A stretch of 64,000 nt of DNA from Nannocystis pusilla (GTDB lineage: Bacteria > Myxococcota_A > Polyangia > Nannocystales > Nannocystaceae), in assembly GCF_049337375.1 (NCBI RefSeq), contig NZ_JBMPIV010000001.1; one strand, given 5' to 3'. The notes under the pieces were generated by a model. It made no database searches. It was not told where the DNA came from and saw nothing but the letters and a program-made list of their open reading frames with translations. Made by a program: the position numbers and the translations under genes. Of this stretch, positions 28,680-42,099 are shown piece after piece; the first letter of the stretch is position 1; each line of letters opens with the position of its first letter.

Positions 28680-30275
28680 TTACTTGGCCGGGGCGGGCGC
28701 GGGCGCCGGAGCGGCACCCGCGGCCGCGAGGGCGTTGTTGGCGGCGCAGAAGGTGGTGTCCTTCTCGAGGCACTTGAGGTCGGTGTCGTAGTGGACGATC
28801 GTGGCGTCGGGCAGCGCGTCCTTGATCTGCGGCTCGGCCTTGTCGGCGCGGCCGACGACGACCACGACCGGCACGTCGTTCATGAACTTGCGTGCCATGG
28901 TCTTCATGTCGGCGATCTGGGCCTTGCGGACCTCGTCGCGGTAGGTCTTGTAGTAGTCGCTCGGCAGGCCGTAGGTGAGGATCGTGCGCACGCGGCCAGC
29001 GACCTGATCGGCGGTCTCGATGCTCAGCGGGAAGCTGCCGATCGCCTCGCGCGTCACGTCTTCGAACTCCTTGGTCGTGACCTCGGTGTCGCGCATCTTC
29101 GTGATGTGGCCGAAGATCGCCTTGAGCATCTCGCCGGTGGTGGCGGTCTTGGTCTTGGTCCAGATCCGCCAGGTGCCCGGGGCGACGCCCGGCTCCATCT
29201 TGGTGTAGATGCCGTAGGTGAGGCCCTTCTCCTCGCGCACGTCGAGGAACAGGCGCCCGGTCGAGCCGCCGCCGAGGATGTCGGAGGCGAGGTCGAGCTT
29301 GATCCAGTCGGGGTTCTTGCGCGCGAGCGCGAGGTTGCCGACGCGGATGTCGGACTGGGCCGAACCTGGCCGATTGACCAGGTGGACGATCAGCTTGGGC
29401 GGGTGCTTGTAGGCCTTGAAGCCGTTCAGCGGGTTGGCCGGGGCCTGGCCCTCGATCGGCTTCCACTTGGCGAACACCTCGTTGCCGAGCTTCTCCGCCT
29501 CGGGCACGGTGATGTCGCCGGAGAGGATCAGGTAGCTGTTGTTCGAGCGGTAGAAGGTGTCGTGGAACTTCTTGACCGCGTCGACGGTGACGGCGTCGAT
29601 CTGCGCCTCGGTCGGCAGCGGGCGCCCGTACGGGTGGCCGGACGGGTAGGCGACCATGTCGAACAGCTGGTCGGCGAGCACGTCGGAGTTCGACTTCATC
29701 GCCTTGAGGCCGGTCTTGGCCTTCTCCTTCAGCTTGTCGAGCGCGGCCGGCGGGAACGCCGGGTTCATGACCTCGTCGGCCATCAGCGTCAGCGCCAGCT
29801 TGACGTCGCGCTTGAGCACCTGCGTGTACACGCTGGTGTCGTGGACGCCGGCGCCGGCGCCGAGGCTGCCGCCGACGAACTCGATCTCCTCGTCGATCTT
29901 GGCCTTGGTGCGGGTCTTGGTGCCCTCGCCGAGCATGTTGGCCGTCATCTCGGCCAGCTGCTCGTCGTCCATGGTGCCGGCCTTGATCACGAGCTGGGCC
30001 GAGACCAGCGGGACCTCGTGGTTCTCGACGACGTAGATCTCGAGGCCGTTCTTGGTCTGGATCTTCTGCAGGTCGGGGAACTGGACCTCACGCGGCTCGG
30101 TCGGCGGCGGCGGATCCTGGTAGACCCGCGCGGGCTTGTCGGCGACCGGGGGCGCCTCGACCGGCTTGGTGTCGGTCGGCGGCGTGGTCTCGCCCTTGGG
30201 CTTGCCGCAGCCGGGGGCGGCGAGAGCGGCGACGACGAGGGCAGTGGCGAAGGAATTCGTGGTGCGCGTAAACAT
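28680..30275 (-). CDS. M16 family zinc peptidase (insulinase-like, inactive/beta-type partner), lipoprotein
   Basis: Lipobox LAAPGCG and M16 N-terminal and C-terminal domains. It is paired with an upstream M16 gene. Confidence 0.85.
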   Translation of the reverse strand: MFTRTTNSFATALVVAALAAPGCGKPKGETTPPTDTKPVEAPPVADKPARVYQDPPPPTEPREVQFPDLQKIQTKNGLEIYVVENHEVPLVSAQLVIKAGTMDDEQLAEMTANMLGEGTKTRTKAKIDEEIEFVGGSLGAGAGVHDTSVYTQVLKRDVKLALTLMADEVMNPAFPPAALDKLKEKAKTGLKAMKSNSDVLADQLFDMVAYPSGHPYGRPLPTEAQIDAVTVDAVKKFHDTFYRSNNSYLILSGDITVPEAEKLGNEVFAKWKPIEGQAPANPLNGFKAYKHPPKLIVHLVNRPGSAQSDIRVGNLALARKNPDWIKLDLASDILGGGSTGRLFLDVREEKGLTYGIYTKMEPGVAPGTWRIWTKTKTATTGEMLKAIFGHITKMRDTEVTTKEFEDVTREAIGSFPLSIETADQVAGRVRTILTYGLPSDYYKTYRDEVRKAQIADMKTMARKFMNDVPVVVVVGRADKAEPQIKDALPDATIVHYDTDLKCLEKDTTFCAANNALAAAGAAPAPAPAPAK

Positions 30276-30308
30276 GGTCGTTGGCTCCTGTCCTTGAGGT
30301 CAGCGCTG

Positions 30309-31772
30309 TCAGCCGGGGCCCATCATCGGCGCGCCGGTCGAACCGGGGTTGATCTCGAGGGTCAGCCAGTTGGCGCCCAGGTACTCGGTGGCGACCCGCT
30401 TGATGTCGGCGGGCTTGACCTGCTGGTACTTCTCCAGGTCGGTGAGGATGTGCTTGGGGTCGTTGTGGAACAGGGCGCCCTGGGCGATCTCGCCGGCGCG
30501 GCCGGCGTTGGTGGCCAGCGTCTCGACCGTGTCCATGACCTTCTTGTTGATCGCCTTCTGCAGCTCCTTGGCGGTGATGCCGCTCTTCTGGATCTTGGCG
30601 ACCTCGTCGCGCACGACCTGCTTGATCGCGTCGAACTTGACGTCCTTGTTCGGCAGGGCCTGGATGAACACCAGGCCGACGTCGCGCTGGGCGAAGTGGG
30701 TGCCGCCGCTGAAGGCGGTCAGCTTCTTCTCGTCCTGCAGGATCTTCGGGATGCGCGCCGACTCGCCGACCAGCAGGATGTTGCCGAGCAGGTCGAGGGC
30801 GTAGCGGTCGGGGTGGTTGGCGCCGACGGTGTGCCAGCCGAGCAGGAACAGCGACTGCTGGGCCAGCGGATCCTCGACGACGGTCTCCATCGGCTTGCTG
30901 CGGTCGACCTGGCCGATCGCGGTGGGCGTGCGGTCCGGGCCCTTCTTGATGTCGCCGAAGTACTTCTCGACCTTGGTCTTGAGGTCGCCAAACTCGACGT
31001 CGCCGACGAACACCAGCACCGCGTTGTTGGGCGCGTAGTACTTGTCGAAGAACGCCTGCACGTCGGGGGTCTTGGCGGCGTTGAGGTCCTCGAGGCTGCC
31101 GATGACCTCGTGGCCGTAGCCGGTGCCGGCCCACGCGGCCGACAGCCACTTCTGCACGGCGGCCGAGTACGGCACGTTGTCCATGCGCATGGCCTTCTCT
31201 TCCTTCACGGCCGAGCGCTGGTTCTCGAAGTTGGCGTCGGTGATCTCGAGCGAGCGCAGCCGATCGGCCTCCAGCCACAACCCGAGCTCGAGGTACTGGC
31301 TCGGCAGGTTGTTGTAGTAGAGCGTCATGTCGTAGCTGGTGCCGGCGTTGTTGTTGCCGCCGACGCGCTGCACGAAGGTGAGGTGGCCCATCGGCGGCAC
31401 GTTCTTGCTGCCCTCGAACATCATGTGCTCGAACAGGTGGGCGAAGCCGGTGCGGCCCTGGACCTCGTCGCGCGAGCCGACGTCGTACAGCAGCGTCATG
31501 TTGAAGGCCGGGGTCGAGTGATCCTCGACCACGTAGACGCGCAGGCCGTTGGCGAGCGAGAACTCCTGGATCGGCAGGTCGAAGCCGAGACCGCCCTTGG
31601 CCGGCTTCTTGGCCGCGGTCTTGGCAGGCGCAGGATCCGCGGCCGGCGCGGCGTCAGCGGCGATCGGCGAGATCGACAGGCCGCCGCAGAGGGTGAACAG
31701 GGCGAGGGTGCGTCCGGCGCGGCCGGCGAGGGCTCGGCGCGATCGTCCGTGAGACTTCAGCGTGGGCGACAT
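30309..31772 (-). CDS. M16 family zinc peptidase (HxxEH-type active subunit)
   Basis: ATG 31772 (MSPTLKS...). It has a signal peptide and an HLFEHMMFEGS inverted zincin motif. Confidence 0.85.
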   Translation of the reverse strand: MSPTLKSHGRSRRALAGRAGRTLALFTLCGGLSISPIAADAAPAADPAPAKTAAKKPAKGGLGFDLPIQEFSLANGLRVYVVEDHSTPAFNMTLLYDVGSRDEVQGRTGFAHLFEHMMFEGSKNVPPMGHLTFVQRVGGNNNAGTSYDMTLYYNNLPSQYLELGLWLEADRLRSLEITDANFENQRSAVKEEKAMRMDNVPYSAAVQKWLSAAWAGTGYGHEVIGSLEDLNAAKTPDVQAFFDKYYAPNNAVLVFVGDVEFGDLKTKVEKYFGDIKKGPDRTPTAIGQVDRSKPMETVVEDPLAQQSLFLLGWHTVGANHPDRYALDLLGNILLVGESARIPKILQDEKKLTAFSGGTHFAQRDVGLVFIQALPNKDVKFDAIKQVVRDEVAKIQKSGITAKELQKAINKKVMDTVETLATNAGRAGEIAQGALFHNDPKHILTDLEKYQQVKPADIKRVATEYLGANWLTLEINPGSTGAPMMGPG

Positions 31773-32258
31773 GGGAATTGGTCGTCTCCTGCGAGGCCCG
31801 CAACCTAGCACACGGGTAAAGGTGGCTGTGGGACAAAGCGGGACCCTCGCACGGGCCCGAGACCCACAAACCCACCCGACTTGTGCCCCGCCGCCGAGCA
31901 AGAGAACTCACGAGATTCGCGGGGCGTCCGCGACGCGAGACCGGGGCTCGGACCCCCAATTCACGGCACCATCCGCCGGGCCCTCGGACCAGGTCGTCAG
32001 GGGCAGGCGCAGGAGGCGCCCGAAGAGGTGCCGCCGCGAGGCGCCGCCGCGAGACGGCGCCGTGTGACCCGTCCGACGTGGCCCCTGCGCCCGGATGTCG
32101 GGTTCGCCGCCGGTAGGACGGTTGACAGCGCCTTTGGGCTAATCCTATAAAGCGCGCGCCCTGGGGGGCGTTCCTGCGATCCCCAGAGCACGGGCAATTC
32201 TCTCGATCCCGGTCCTTCGGGACCTGCTCTACCCGGCCTCACCAGGCCGAACAAATTC

Positions 32259-32330
32259 TGGGGCGTCGGCAAGTGGTAAGCCAGCGGTTTTTGGTTCCGC
32301 CATTCGTAGGTTCGAATCCTACCGCCCCAA
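32259..32330 (+). tRNA. tRNA-Gln (anticodon TTG); CCA not encoded
   Basis: The cloverleaf was read by hand. Acceptor TGGGGCG/CGCCCCA; anticodon loop TTTTGGT, giving anticodon TTG; T-arm GTAGG-TTCGAAT-CCTAC. It closely parallels E. coli tRNA-Gln(UUG) and has the conserved tRNA-prs-ctc-pth synteny. Confidence 0.8.
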
Positions 32331-32365
32331 TCTCTCTCCGCTGACCTTCGACCGAGGACCCGCGC

Positions 32366-33313
<948 letters not shown>

Positions 33314-33433
33314 CGCAGGCCGGCGAGCACGACCTCTGCCCAACCGGCGGCGAGCCCGATGGTGTGGCTCCCACCCGGCGGCGAGACAGGGGTCCCGAAC
33401 AGGGGACCCGACAAGAGAAGCGAGACAATCACC

Positions 33434-34126
33434 ATGAATCAGCAACGCGAAATCACGGTCCAGGTCCGCACGGGCACCGGCAAGGGCGCCGCCCACAAGC
33501 TCCGCGCGTCCGGCAAGGTCCCGGGCGTGATCTACGGCCACGGCGGCGAGCACCTGTCGATCGCCATCGACCCGCTGGTCCTGCGCAAGGCCGTCGATCC
33601 GGCCCGCAAGCGCAACACCTGGTTCGCCGTGCGCGTCCAGGAAGAGGGCAAGGCCGACCGGGTCGAGTCGTGCATCATCGTCGACCGCCAGCTCGACCTG
33701 GTCCGCGACGACGTCCTGCACGTCGACTTCCTGCGCGTCGACCCGAGCCGCGAGCTCGAGGTCAAGCTGCCGCTCGAGTTCACGGGCCGCGCGGCCGGCG
33801 TGGCCGTCGGCGGTACGCTGAAGACGATGGCCCGGCAGATCCGCGTGGCCGTCAAGCCGGGCGACATCCCGACCAGCTTCGTCGTCGACGTGACGCCGCT
33901 CGAGGGCGGGCAGACGCTGCGCGTGCGCGACGTGAAGTTCCCGGAGGGCCGCCTGCTCGACAACCCGAACATCCCGCTCGTCCTCGTCGAGGCCGCCAAG
34001 GCCAAGAAGGAAGAGGGCGCGGAGGCTGCTGCGGGCAAGAAGGCCGCCGGCGGCAAGGCTGCGCCGGCCAAGGCCGCTCCGGCCAAGGCGGCCCCCGCTC
34101 CGGCGAAGGACGCCAAGAAGAAGTGA
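33434..34126 (+). CDS. rplY: 50S ribosomal protein L25 / general stress protein Ctc
   Basis: L25 beta-barrel domains plus a Lys/Ala-rich C-terminal tail. Confidence 0.85.
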   Translation: MNQQREITVQVRTGTGKGAAHKLRASGKVPGVIYGHGGEHLSIAIDPLVLRKAVDPARKRNTWFAVRVQEEGKADRVESCIIVDRQLDLVRDDVLHVDFLRVDPSRELEVKLPLEFTGRAAGVAVGGTLKTMARQIRVAVKPGDIPTSFVVDVTPLEGGQTLRVRDVKFPEGRLLDNPNIPLVLVEAAKAKKEEGAEAAAGKKAAGGKAAPAKAAPAKAAPAPAKDAKKK

Positions 34127-34158
34127 GCCTCTACCGCCGATGTTGAGGGCGCGCGCAG

Positions 34159-34737
34159 ATGGCCGACCAGGCGCCATGGCTCCTCGTGGGCCTCGGGAAC
34201 CCCGGGGCCCGGTACGCGCGCACGCGCCACAACATCGGCTTCATGGCGGTCGACGCCTGGTGCGACAAGGCCACGAGCTCGCCGAGCTGGTCCGAGAAGT
34301 GGAAGGCGCAGGTCGCCACCATCGGTACCGGCTCTTCGCGCGTCGTGGCCTTGAAGCCGCAGACCTTCATGAACCGGTCCGGCCAGAGCGTCGTCCCCGC
34401 CGCTCAGTTCCTGCGCGTGCCGCCGGCGCAGATCCTCGTCGTCCACGACGAGGTCGACTTCCAGCTCGGTCGCCTCGCAGTGAAGAAGGGCGGGGGTCAC
34501 GGGGGGCACAATGGCCTGCGTGACATCCTGCAGCTGCTCGGCAACGGCGACTTCCTGCGGATCCGCCTCGGCGTCGGCAGGCCCGTGCACGGCGAGGTCG
34601 CCGATCACGTGCTGTCCGACTTCCGGCCCGACGAGGGCCAGGTCGTCGACGACCTGCTGGAGCGCGCCGTGGCGGCGATCACCTGCGTGACCCGTGAAGG
34701 CGTGGTCACGGCGATGAACAAGTTCAACACCACCTGA
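34159..34737 (+). CDS. pth: Peptidyl-tRNA hydrolase
   Basis: LLVGLGNPG N-terminus and the HNG motif (GHGGHNGLRD). Confidence 0.9.
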   Translation: MADQAPWLLVGLGNPGARYARTRHNIGFMAVDAWCDKATSSPSWSEKWKAQVATIGTGSSRVVALKPQTFMNRSGQSVVPAAQFLRVPPAQILVVHDEVDFQLGRLAVKKGGGHGGHNGLRDILQLLGNGDFLRIRLGVGRPVHGEVADHVLSDFRPDEGQVVDDLLERAVAAITCVTREGVVTAMNKFNTT

Positions 34738-34806
34738 CCCTGGCGTCTCGCCAGCTCTCCCATCCCAGTTCCCGGCCCCTTCGGGCCCGAGTAAAGGACT
34801 CCCCCC

Positions 34807-37026
<2,220 letters not shown>

Positions 37027-37220
37027 TTTAGGCCCTGCGGCCCCCTTGCAGGGGGACGCGTTCGGGGGTACACCTCGCGGCCCGTCCGGATGTTCCGGGC
37101 GGGCCGTTCGCTTTTTGTCCCGGCAGCCATCCGGCTCGCAGGGGCGGCGGACGGCGAGGCCCTCCGGGGCCTTCTCCTTGCTCCCGTGGTGGGGGCCAGC
37201 AAGTCCACAAGGAGACTTAC

Positions 37221-37721
37221 ATGTCCGAAAACACAGTCGGCCAGGTCGTCTCGGTCCAGTCGCGCAAGGGTACGAAGCGCGAGTACGAGACCGTCATCAT
37301 CCTTCGGCCCAACGTCAACAAGACCGGGATCCTCGAGCTCGTCAACAAGATGCAGGGCGTGTTCGAGAAGTACAGCGCCCGCCTGATCAAGATCGAGAAC
37401 TGGGGCAGCCGCACGCTGGCCTTCCCGATCAAGCGCTCGCCGACCGGCATCTACCTCTACTGGCGCTTCCTCGGCGGCTCCGACATCGTCCACGAGTTCG
37501 AGCGCAACCTGCAGATCGCGGAGTCCGTGCTCCGCTACTACACCGTGCGGGTCGAGGACGACGTCGACCCCGACGCGCGGCCCTCGGAGATGACCGAGGA
37601 CCTGCTGCAGGCGGTGGCCGAGCCGCCGCCGGAGCCGGAGCCGCAGCCGGAGCCGGTGCGCGAGGAAGAGGACCGTTTCGTCTCGGACGACGACGGCGAC
37701 GACGAGGAGAGGAGGCGTTAA
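37221..37721 (+). CDS. rpsF: 30S ribosomal protein S6 (with an acidic C-terminal tail)
   Basis: S6 core ([11 protein letters not shown]...) in the rpsF-rpsR-rplI order. Confidence 0.9.
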   Translation: MSENTVGQVVSVQSRKGTKREYETVIILRPNVNKTGILELVNKMQGVFEKYSARLIKIENWGSRTLAFPIKRSPTGIYLYWRFLGGSDIVHEFERNLQIAESVLRYYTVRVEDDVDPDARPSEMTEDLLQAVAEPPPEPEPQPEPVREEEDRFVSDDDGDDEERRR

Positions 37722-37724
37722 GCC

Positions 37725-37964
37725 ATGAGCGACGAGAAGACTTCATCCCGCCCGAGCAAGGCCAGCCGTGCTTCGCTGCTCGCCAGCGACAAGACCCTGG
37801 TCATCGACTACAAGAACCCGCAGCTGCTCCGCGCCTTCCTCACGGATCGCGGCAAGATCGTCCCGGCCCGGATCTCCGGCGTGACGGCCAAGCAGCAGCG
37901 CCAGATCACCAAGGCGGTCAAGCGCGCGCGCATGCTGGCGCTGCTGCCGTACACGGTGGCCTGA
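37725..37964 (+). CDS. rpsR: 30S ribosomal protein S18
   Basis: S18 core ([40 protein letters not shown]). Confidence 0.9.
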   Translation: MSDEKTSSRPSKASRASLLASDKTLVIDYKNPQLLRAFLTDRGKIVPARISGVTAKQQRQITKAVKRARMLALLPYTVA

Positions 37965-37992
37965 CCTTCGAGGACAGAAAGGTTTTTCGCTC

Positions 37993-38439
37993 ATGTTGGA
38001 ACTCATCCTCCGCAGCGACGTCCCCGGCCTCGGCCGCGCCGGCGAGGTGGTCAAGGTGCGCCCGGGTTACGGCCGCAACTACCTCATCCCGCGCGGGCTG
38101 GCGCTCGCCGCCACCCGCGGCAACATGGCCCAGCTCGAGCACCAGAAGCGCCTGATCGCCGCCGAGCAGGCGCGCGTCCTCGCCGAGCACAAGGCGATGG
38201 CGCAGAAGCTCAAGGGCGTGTCGGTCTCGATCGCCCGCAAGAAGGGCGGCGAGGGCAAGCTGTTCGGCTCGGTGTCCACCAAGGACATCGCCGAGGCGCT
38301 GGCCAACCAGAACATCACGATCGACCGCAAGCTGATCAAGCTCGACGAGCCGTTCAAGAACATCGGCACCTACGAGGTCCCGGTGCGCTTCAGCGGCGAC
38401 ATCACCGAGACGATCCGCGTCAACGTGGTCGGCGTGTGA
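37993..38439 (+). CDS. rplI: 50S ribosomal protein L9
   Basis: N-terminal MLELILRSDVPGLGRAGEVVKVRPGYGRNYLIP. Confidence 0.9.
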   Translation: MLELILRSDVPGLGRAGEVVKVRPGYGRNYLIPRGLALAATRGNMAQLEHQKRLIAAEQARVLAEHKAMAQKLKGVSVSIARKKGGEGKLFGSVSTKDIAEALANQNITIDRKLIKLDEPFKNIGTYEVPVRFSGDITETIRVNVVGV

Positions 38440-38557
38440 ACGCCGCGCCGACCCGCCACGGGTCGGACGCGTGCGTGTGAATGAAGAGCGAGGGGTCCGC
38501 GACGCGGGCCCCTCGTCGCTTTCTCTGCTGTGCGGCCGCGGACGACGCCGCGGACGG

Positions 38558-38794
38558 CTACTCGCCCTGGAGGCGCTGGGCGCTGCAGTCGCCCATGAGG
38601 CACTGGGCCGAGTAGACGCCCTTCTGACCGCAGCCGGCGACGTGGTACTTGCCGTAGACCTCGTCGCCGCGGACCTTCAGCTTGTCGGCGTCGCACTTGA
38701 AGTCGGCGGCGGCCTGGGTGCGCGTGACTTTCTCCAGCTTGCCGGCGCAGGCGGACAGCGTGACGGCGGCGAGGGCGACGAGGACGGGGCGCAT
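38558..38794 (-). CDS. Small Cys-rich lipoprotein (78 aa)
   Basis: Lipobox LSAC, six cysteines and good GC3 bias. Confidence 0.45.
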   Translation of the reverse strand: MRPVLVALAAVTLSACAGKLEKVTRTQAAADFKCDADKLKVRGDEVYGKYHVAGCGQKGVYSAQCLMGDCSAQRLQGE

Positions 38795-38840
38795 GCGGTC
38801 ACCTTGCCACGACGGGCCGCGGCGTGAAAGGGTGGGGCCG

Positions 38841-39338
38841 ATGGAACGCCACCAACTCGCCGACTACGACGCGCTCGGCCTGCCGCCCGACGAGGACCTG
38901 CGCCGCGTGATCGCCCGCGCCGACACCGATTCGCAGTTCACCGACGACCTCGATCAACTCGGGTTCGAGCTCGCGCCGATGTCTGCCGACCAGCTCGACT
39001 GTCACGCGCCGAAGTTCTTCGTGGTGGCGATGGACGGCGGAGGCAGCGCGTACGGTCGCTACGTCGACCCCCAGGTCGCGCGCACCGTCGGCCTCCCGTG
39101 GGTGATGTGGGATCACGAGGATGACGCGCTCATCTTCCTCGCCGACGACACTGCCGCCTTCTTCTCGGGCCTCATCGATTTCCGCTGCCATCACAAGCCG
39201 AACGATCCGAGCGCTCGCCGCGTGCGCGCGGTGCTGACGGAGCTCGGGCTGCAGCTCGGCGCGCCTGGCAAGAGCATGCCGGGGTTCCTCGCCGGCAAGC
39301 CCGCCGCGTGGTTGCCGGCGGGGCCGCTGTCGCACTAG
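38841..39338 (+). CDS. SMI1/KNR4 (SUKH-1)-like protein, putative orphan immunity protein
   Basis: Internal ATG 38841 (MERHQLADYDALGLPPDEDLRRV...). The motifs FVVAMDGGGSAYGRYVD and WDHEDDALIFLADDTAAFFSGLIDF match the SUKH/SMI1-KNR4 fold pattern. Confidence 0.5.
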   Translation: MERHQLADYDALGLPPDEDLRRVIARADTDSQFTDDLDQLGFELAPMSADQLDCHAPKFFVVAMDGGGSAYGRYVDPQVARTVGLPWVMWDHEDDALIFLADDTAAFFSGLIDFRCHHKPNDPSARRVRAVLTELGLQLGAPGKSMPGFLAGKPAAWLPAGPLSH

Positions 39339-39405
39339 GACGTGCCGTCGCGCCGCGCGCGGCTCGACAGGAGGCGCGCGGCTCGGGCATCCTTCGGGGC
39401 TGGCC

Positions 39406-40821
39406 ATGGTTGGACGTACTCTCCCGCACAACAGCGAGGCCGAGGCGGCGATCCTCGGCGGTATCATTCTGCGCGGCGATCAGGCGCTGCTCGACGTGCT
39501 CGACGTGGTGCGCGAGGAGGACTTCTACGTCCCGGCGCATCAGGCCGTGTTCCGGGCCATGCGAGCGCTGTCGGAGAAGCGCGAGCCGATCGACACGGTC
39601 ACGCTCGAGGCGCAGCTGCGGTCCAGCGACGAGCTCAAGCTGGTCGGCGGCATCGAGGCGCTGTCGCGGCTCGCCGATCGTTACGCGACCAGCCGCAACA
39701 TCACGCACCACGCGGAGATGGTCCGGCGCCAGGCGACCATCCGCAACCTCGTCGTCGTCACCAAGGAGATCGCCGAAGAGGGGATGGGCGACCTCGAGAG
39801 CCCGGACGAGTTCATCGACCAGGCGGAGAAGCGGGTGCTCGAGGTCAACGAGCGCGGGCGCAAGACCGGCTACGTGTCGTCGCGCGACCTGCTGATCCAG
39901 GTGTTCAACAACATCTCCGAGCGGGCCAAGCGGAAGAACCCGATCACCGGGGTGCCCACCAACTTCACGCAGCTCGACCACATGACGGGCGGGCTGCAGC
40001 CGGGCGACCTCGTGATCATCGCGGCGCGTCCGTCGATGGGCAAGACGGCGTTCGTGCTCAACCTGGCGCAGGCCGCCTGCATCATGCCGCAGCGCTTCGA
40101 CGGCCTGCCCGACAGCGAGAAGCCGGTGATGCACCCGGTGCTGTTCTTCTCGCTCGAGATGGGCGCGAGCCAGCTGGTCGAGCGCGTGCTGTGTGCCGAG
40201 GCCCGCGTCGACGCCGGCAAGCTGCGCACCGGCAACTATCTCGAGGAAGAGTGGATCCGCATGACCAGCGCGGCGTCGCGGATCGCCCAGAGCAAGTTCT
40301 ACATCGACGACCAGGCGGCGCCGTCGATCCTCGAGATGCGCGCGCGTGCGCGCCGCTTCAAGGACGACAAGAGCATTTTCCCTGGCATCGAGGGCCAATT
40401 CGGCATGATCATCGTCGACTACCTGCAGCTCGCGCGCGGCGGCAAGGCCCGCTACGACTCGCGCGAGCAGGAGATCAGCGAGATCTCGCGCGGCCTCAAG
40501 GCGATGGCCAAAGAGCTGCGGATGCCGGTTCTGGCGCTGTCTCAGCTCAACCGCGCGGTCGACACCCGCGCCGATCACCGGCCCCAGCTGTCGGACCTGC
40601 GCGAGTCCGGCGCCATCGAGCAGGATGCGGACGTCATCATGTTCATCTACCGCGCCGAGCGCTACGCCGCGACCGAGGACGAGAAGAAGAAGGTCGAGAA
40701 CCAGGCCGAGATCATCATCGGCAAGCAGCGCAACGGGCCGATCGGCGAGGTCCCGCTGATGTTCATCAAGCACATGACGCGGTTCGAAAACCCGGCCGAG
40801 CCGGGCTTTCATCGCGACTGA
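39406..40821 (+). CDS. dnaB: Replicative DNA helicase DnaB
   Basis: N-terminal domain (PHNSEAEAAILGGI) and a RecA-like C-terminal domain with Walker A (ARPSMGKTAF) and Walker B (IIVDYLQL). Confidence 0.9.
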   Translation: MVGRTLPHNSEAEAAILGGIILRGDQALLDVLDVVREEDFYVPAHQAVFRAMRALSEKREPIDTVTLEAQLRSSDELKLVGGIEALSRLADRYATSRNITHHAEMVRRQATIRNLVVVTKEIAEEGMGDLESPDEFIDQAEKRVLEVNERGRKTGYVSSRDLLIQVFNNISERAKRKNPITGVPTNFTQLDHMTGGLQPGDLVIIAARPSMGKTAFVLNLAQAACIMPQRFDGLPDSEKPVMHPVLFFSLEMGASQLVERVLCAEARVDAGKLRTGNYLEEEWIRMTSAASRIAQSKFYIDDQAAPSILEMRARARRFKDDKSIFPGIEGQFGMIIVDYLQLARGGKARYDSREQEISEISRGLKAMAKELRMPVLALSQLNRAVDTRADHRPQLSDLRESGAIEQDADVIMFIYRAERYAATEDEKKKVENQAEIIIGKQRNGPIGEVPLMFIKHMTRFENPAEPGFHRD

Positions 40822-41039
40822 GGCGCGGCCGCGGCCGACGGGCGGACCCCTGCGGGCCAAAAAGGCGCCCGGGGGGCTCGCGCGGGCCAGTGAGGGTCCT
40901 CGCCGGGGCGTCCGGGCCGGTGCCTGCGCCGTCGCCGAGAGGTGGCCGCGGCGCCCGCAGGATCGCCTGGAAGGCCTGCTGCGGCCGTTTGGTCGCAACG
41001 TAGCGGCGCCGGCGCGGTCCGTGCTAGGTTCTAAGGGCG

Positions 41040-42086
41040 ATGTCGTCGGTTCCGACCCAGATCGGCCCCTACAAGGTCAAAGGCCTCGTCGGCAAGGGGG
41101 CCATGGGGGAGGTCTATGAGGGCGTCGACGCCGGTCTCGGCCGGCGGGTGGCGATCAAGATCCTCGGCAAGAAGCACCGCGAGTCCGAGGAGTTCAAGAC
41201 GCGGTTCCTCCGCGAGGGCAAGGCCCTGGCGCAGATGAATCACCCCAACGTGGTGGCGGTGTACTTCATCGGCGAGCACGAGGACCGGCCCTTCCTGGCG
41301 ATGGAGTTCCTCGACGGCGAGGACATCGGCGCGATGCTGAAGAAGCGGGGCGCGCTGCACCCGGGCGACGCGGCGGAGGTCATCCGTCAGGCGGCGATCG
41401 GGCTCGCGGAGACCCAGCGCGTGGGCGTCGTACACCGCGACGTGAAGCCGTCGAACCTGGTGGTGACGTCGACGGGCATCGTCAAGGTGACCGACTTCGG
41501 CCTGGCCAAGGCGCTGCAAGAGGACCTGTCGATCACCGCCACCGGCGTGTTCGTCGGCACGCCCGACTACCTCGCGCCCGAGCAGGCGATGGGCAAGGAG
41601 GTCGACGCCCGCGCCGACGTCTATGCGCTCGGCTGCTCGCTGTTTCACATGTGCAGCGGCCACCCGCCGTTCCGCAAGGGCGGCCAGGACGACCACTACA
41701 CCGCGGTGGTGCGCCGCCACCTGCGCTCGGAGCGGCCCGAGCTCAAGTACGAGATCAAGGGCTTCGACGAGGCGCTGTCCGACCTGTGCCGGCGCATGAT
41801 GAGCCGCCGGCCCGACGTGCGCCCGTCGTTCGAGGAGCTCAAGGTCGGCCTCACCGAGATCTCGAAGCGCCTCGGCGGGCAAGTGCCCCCGCGCCACGCC
41901 GACGTGGAGCTGCGCTCGCCCGAGGAGATCAGCGAGAAGATCCGGCAGGAGCAGAAGAAGACGCCGTCCGGGGCGGCGCCCGGCTCGCCGCCGAGCGGCG
42001 CGACGCGGACGACGATGATCGCGGTCGGCATCGGTGTGACGATCGGCATCGCCCTCGGCGTTGTGCTGGCCGTGATGAGCCTGTAG
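41040..42086 (+). CDS. Serine/threonine protein kinase with a C-terminal TM anchor
   Basis: Hanks kinase motifs GKGAMGEV, VAIK, HRDVKPSN, DFG and APE. The C-terminus is a hydrophobic helix. Confidence 0.85.
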   Translation: MSSVPTQIGPYKVKGLVGKGAMGEVYEGVDAGLGRRVAIKILGKKHRESEEFKTRFLREGKALAQMNHPNVVAVYFIGEHEDRPFLAMEFLDGEDIGAMLKKRGALHPGDAAEVIRQAAIGLAETQRVGVVHRDVKPSNLVVTSTGIVKVTDFGLAKALQEDLSITATGVFVGTPDYLAPEQAMGKEVDARADVYALGCSLFHMCSGHPPFRKGGQDDHYTAVVRRHLRSERPELKYEIKGFDEALSDLCRRMMSRRPDVRPSFEELKVGLTEISKRLGGQVPPRHADVELRSPEEISEKIRQEQKKTPSGAAPGSPPSGATRTTMIAVGIGVTIGIALGVVLAVMSL

Positions 42087-42099
42087 AGCTTGGCTCTGC

